Below the pieces are notes generated by a model. That model was not told the origin of the DNA, ran no database searches, and saw only the letters and a list, made by a program, of their open reading frames with translations. Positions 39,116 through 41,033 of a stretch of DNA of 41,033 bases are shown here, piece by piece; position 1 is the first letter of the stretch, and each line of letters begins with the position of its first letter. Source of the DNA: a virus (taxonomy: Duplodnaviria > Heunggongvirae > Uroviricota > Caudoviricetes); the IMG/VR virus record IMGVR_UViG_3300029718_000386; one strand, 5' to 3'. The position numbers were made by a program, and so were the translations under genes.

Positions 39116-39847
39116 TTATTGGTACAGCACCAACTCGTGCTGCATGGCCTGTGCCAGCGTCGTTGTGTTGGCGTTGTATTCCACATTACTCATGTAGAAA
39201 ATTCTGCCGTCACTGGGTGACGCGGCCATGGCCTCTTCGGAGGTCTGATAAAGACCAATAAAGTTGTAGTTGGCATCGCAAACGCAATAGCCTTCTACAT
39301 GCACCATTTTCGGTGCTGTGGTCTTTTCCGCCTTCTTTGCCACCTTTGTGGTGGTCTTCGCGGTTGTCGTAACCTTCTTTACGGCCTTCCGCGTAGTGGA
39401 CTTTGCAGTCTTACGCGTAGTAGCCACAGAAGATTTGATTTCCGCCGTCGGGACCTTCTTATAAACCGTCTTAACGACAGTTTCAGGCTCCGCTACCACT
39501 TCCCAAACAGTTGTCTGCTCGGTTGTGGTTTCAGGCTCGGCAGCCTCCTCGGTTGCCGCATACGCTGCCTCTGTAATCGAGGTGCTCTCTGCGACATCAG
39601 AGGGTGCCTTCGTCTCCGCACTGGGAGATGTTGGTGCCAAGGCATATCCCAGGCCGCCCACGATGCACATCGCCACACAAGCGGTGACAATGAGCTTTTT
39701 GGTGCGCTGTGCCTCCATTTTTGGAGTGCGTTCCTGGGCCTTTTGAGCCTTGCGCTCTGCGCGCTGCATCCGTTTGGCTGCCACACTGGCCTGGATCTTA
39801 TTGGTGGTCTTAATCATTTTAACCACGGCTTGATCGAAGATTCTCAT
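39116..39847 (-). CDS. Bitopic membrane protein with acidic and T/K/A-rich low-complexity stalk
   Basis: SD AAGGAGG; basic N-terminus, TM, acidic E/T/A tract, basic K/T tract, small C-terminal domain. Confidence 0.75.
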   Translation of the reverse strand: MRIFDQAVVKMIKTTNKIQASVAAKRMQRAERKAQKAQERTPKMEAQRTKKLIVTACVAMCIVGGLGYALAPTSPSAETKAPSDVAESTSITEAAYAATEEAAEPETTTEQTTVWEVVAEPETVVKTVYKKVPTAEIKSSVATTRKTAKSTTRKAVKKVTTTAKTTTKVAKKAEKTTAPKMVHVEGYCVCDANYNFIGLYQTSEEAMAASPSDGRIFYMSNVEYNANTTTLAQAMQHELVLYQ

Positions 39848-39898
39848 ATTTTTTACCTCCTTAACATTGCCTCAATTGAGGACTTAAAATAATATATA

Positions 39899-39951
39899 TA
39901 AAAAAGCCACCCATTTGGTGATTGTGTCATACGACCTCACCGGGTGACTTT
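39899..39951 (-). terminator. Terminator hairpin downstream of recA, within the leader of the next gene
   Basis: AAAGTCACCC…GGGTGGCTTTTT; extended -10 TGTGGCATAAT (40020-40010) lies upstream. Confidence 0.6.
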
Positions 39952-40034
39952 CTAAAAAAAACACGTTTTAGTGTCTTCATACGAAGACATATTTGATATT
40001 TACACTTAAATTATGCCACATTTTGTAAAACAGG

Positions 40035-41033
40035 TCAAACAGTTGCTTGCTTAACGTGATCTGATAGTTCGTTTTTGATGTCCTCGTTTTCTTTCAGAAA
40101 AGCAATAGCCTTTTCTCTTCCCTGACAATGCATCTTTCCGTTGCCATAAGAAAGCCAGGCCCCGCTCTTTTCTACAATCCCGAGTTTTACTGCCATATCC
40201 AAAATACAGCCTTCGTTGCATACGCCCTCTGCAAAAATCAAATCAAATTCAGCCTCTTTAAATGGCGCAGCCATTTTGTTTTTGACGACCTTAACACGGA
40301 TCTTATTACCAACAACGCCGTCTGCATTTTTAATCTGCTGAATTCTTCTAACATCCAGTCTTAAAGATGCATAGAACTTCAATGCTCGACCGCCTGTCGT
40401 TGTCTCATTGGACCCATACATCACTCCAACCTTCTCCCGAAGCTGGTTAATGAATACAATACAGGTGTTTGTTTTTGCAACAGCGGCTGTCAGCTTTCGC
40501 ATAGCCTGACTCATCAGTCTTGCCTGCAGGCCAATGGTCTGGTCCCCCATCTCGCCCTCAATTTCCGCCTTTGGTACAAGTGCTGCTACCGAATCCACAA
40601 CAAGCAAGTCTATACAACCGCTGCGAACCAACTGTTCAGCAATTTCCAGAGCCTGTTCTCCGAAGTCCGGTTGAGACAACAGCAACGCATCTACATCAAC
40701 ACCAACATTCTTTGCGAATTTTACATTAAGAGCATGTTCTGCATCGATAAACGCACAAACTCCACCATTTTTTTGTGTCTCTGCAATCGCCTGCAAGGTA
40801 ATCAGCGTTTTACCGGCTGCTTCCGGGCCATAAATCTCAACAATTCTACCCTTCGGTAGACCACCAATACCGATAGCCATGTCAAGAGGCAAAATTCCGG
40901 TCGGTAAATTAGGAAAATCCTTCGGAGAGTCTCCAAGTCGTACAATGGAACCATCGCCAAAGTTCTTTGTGATACTTGCCAGCGTCTTTTCTAATACTTT
41001 TTTCTTGTCTTCGTTTTCAATTTCTAATGGCAT
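40035..41033 (-). CDS. recA: Recombinase A
   Basis: [57 protein letters not shown]. Confidence 0.97.
   Translation of the reverse strand: MPLEIENEDKKKVLEKTLASITKNFGDGSIVRLGDSPKDFPNLPTGILPLDMAIGIGGLPKGRIVEIYGPEAAGKTLITLQAIAETQKNGGVCAFIDAEHALNVKFAKNVGVDVDALLLSQPDFGEQALEIAEQLVRSGCIDLLVVDSVAALVPKAEIEGEMGDQTIGLQARLMSQAMRKLTAAVAKTNTCIVFINQLREKVGVMYGSNETTTGGRALKFYASLRLDVRRIQQIKNADGVVGNKIRVKVVKNKMAAPFKEAEFDLIFAEGVCNEGCILDMAVKLGIVEKSGAWLSYGNGKMHCQGREKAIAFLKENEDIKNELSDHVKQATV

Overview
This is 41 kb of Firmicutes (Clostridia-like) DNA with every credible gene on the minus strand. The gene set does not fit a normal chromosome. It carries its own replication, recombination and repair kit (dnaE, dnaN, recA, ligA, ung, rnhA fusion, rusA, nrdD, an AEP-type Rep/primase), a private RpoD-like sigma factor, divergent copies of host-control genes (long HPF, FtsL-like), a eukaryote-like WGR-PARP, two FN3-tailed surface proteins, and a Tad/Flp pilus locus. 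No virion genes are visible. The best reading is a giant extrachromosomal element (megaplasmid or jumbo-phage-like). dnaE is interrupted by two group I introns, one carrying a LAGLIDADG endonuclease. nrdD contains a mini-intein and a group I intron with an in-frame HNH endonuclease. I resolved all splice junctions by hand from P1/P10 pairing. The intergenic DNA shows a recurrent promoter > leader terminator > gene layout suggesting antitermination control, a second repeated promoter-like motif (GCGGTATTAATAG), probable non-canonical start codons, and a switch-like leader on the pilin gene. Product calls come from motif recognition only; no database searches were run.
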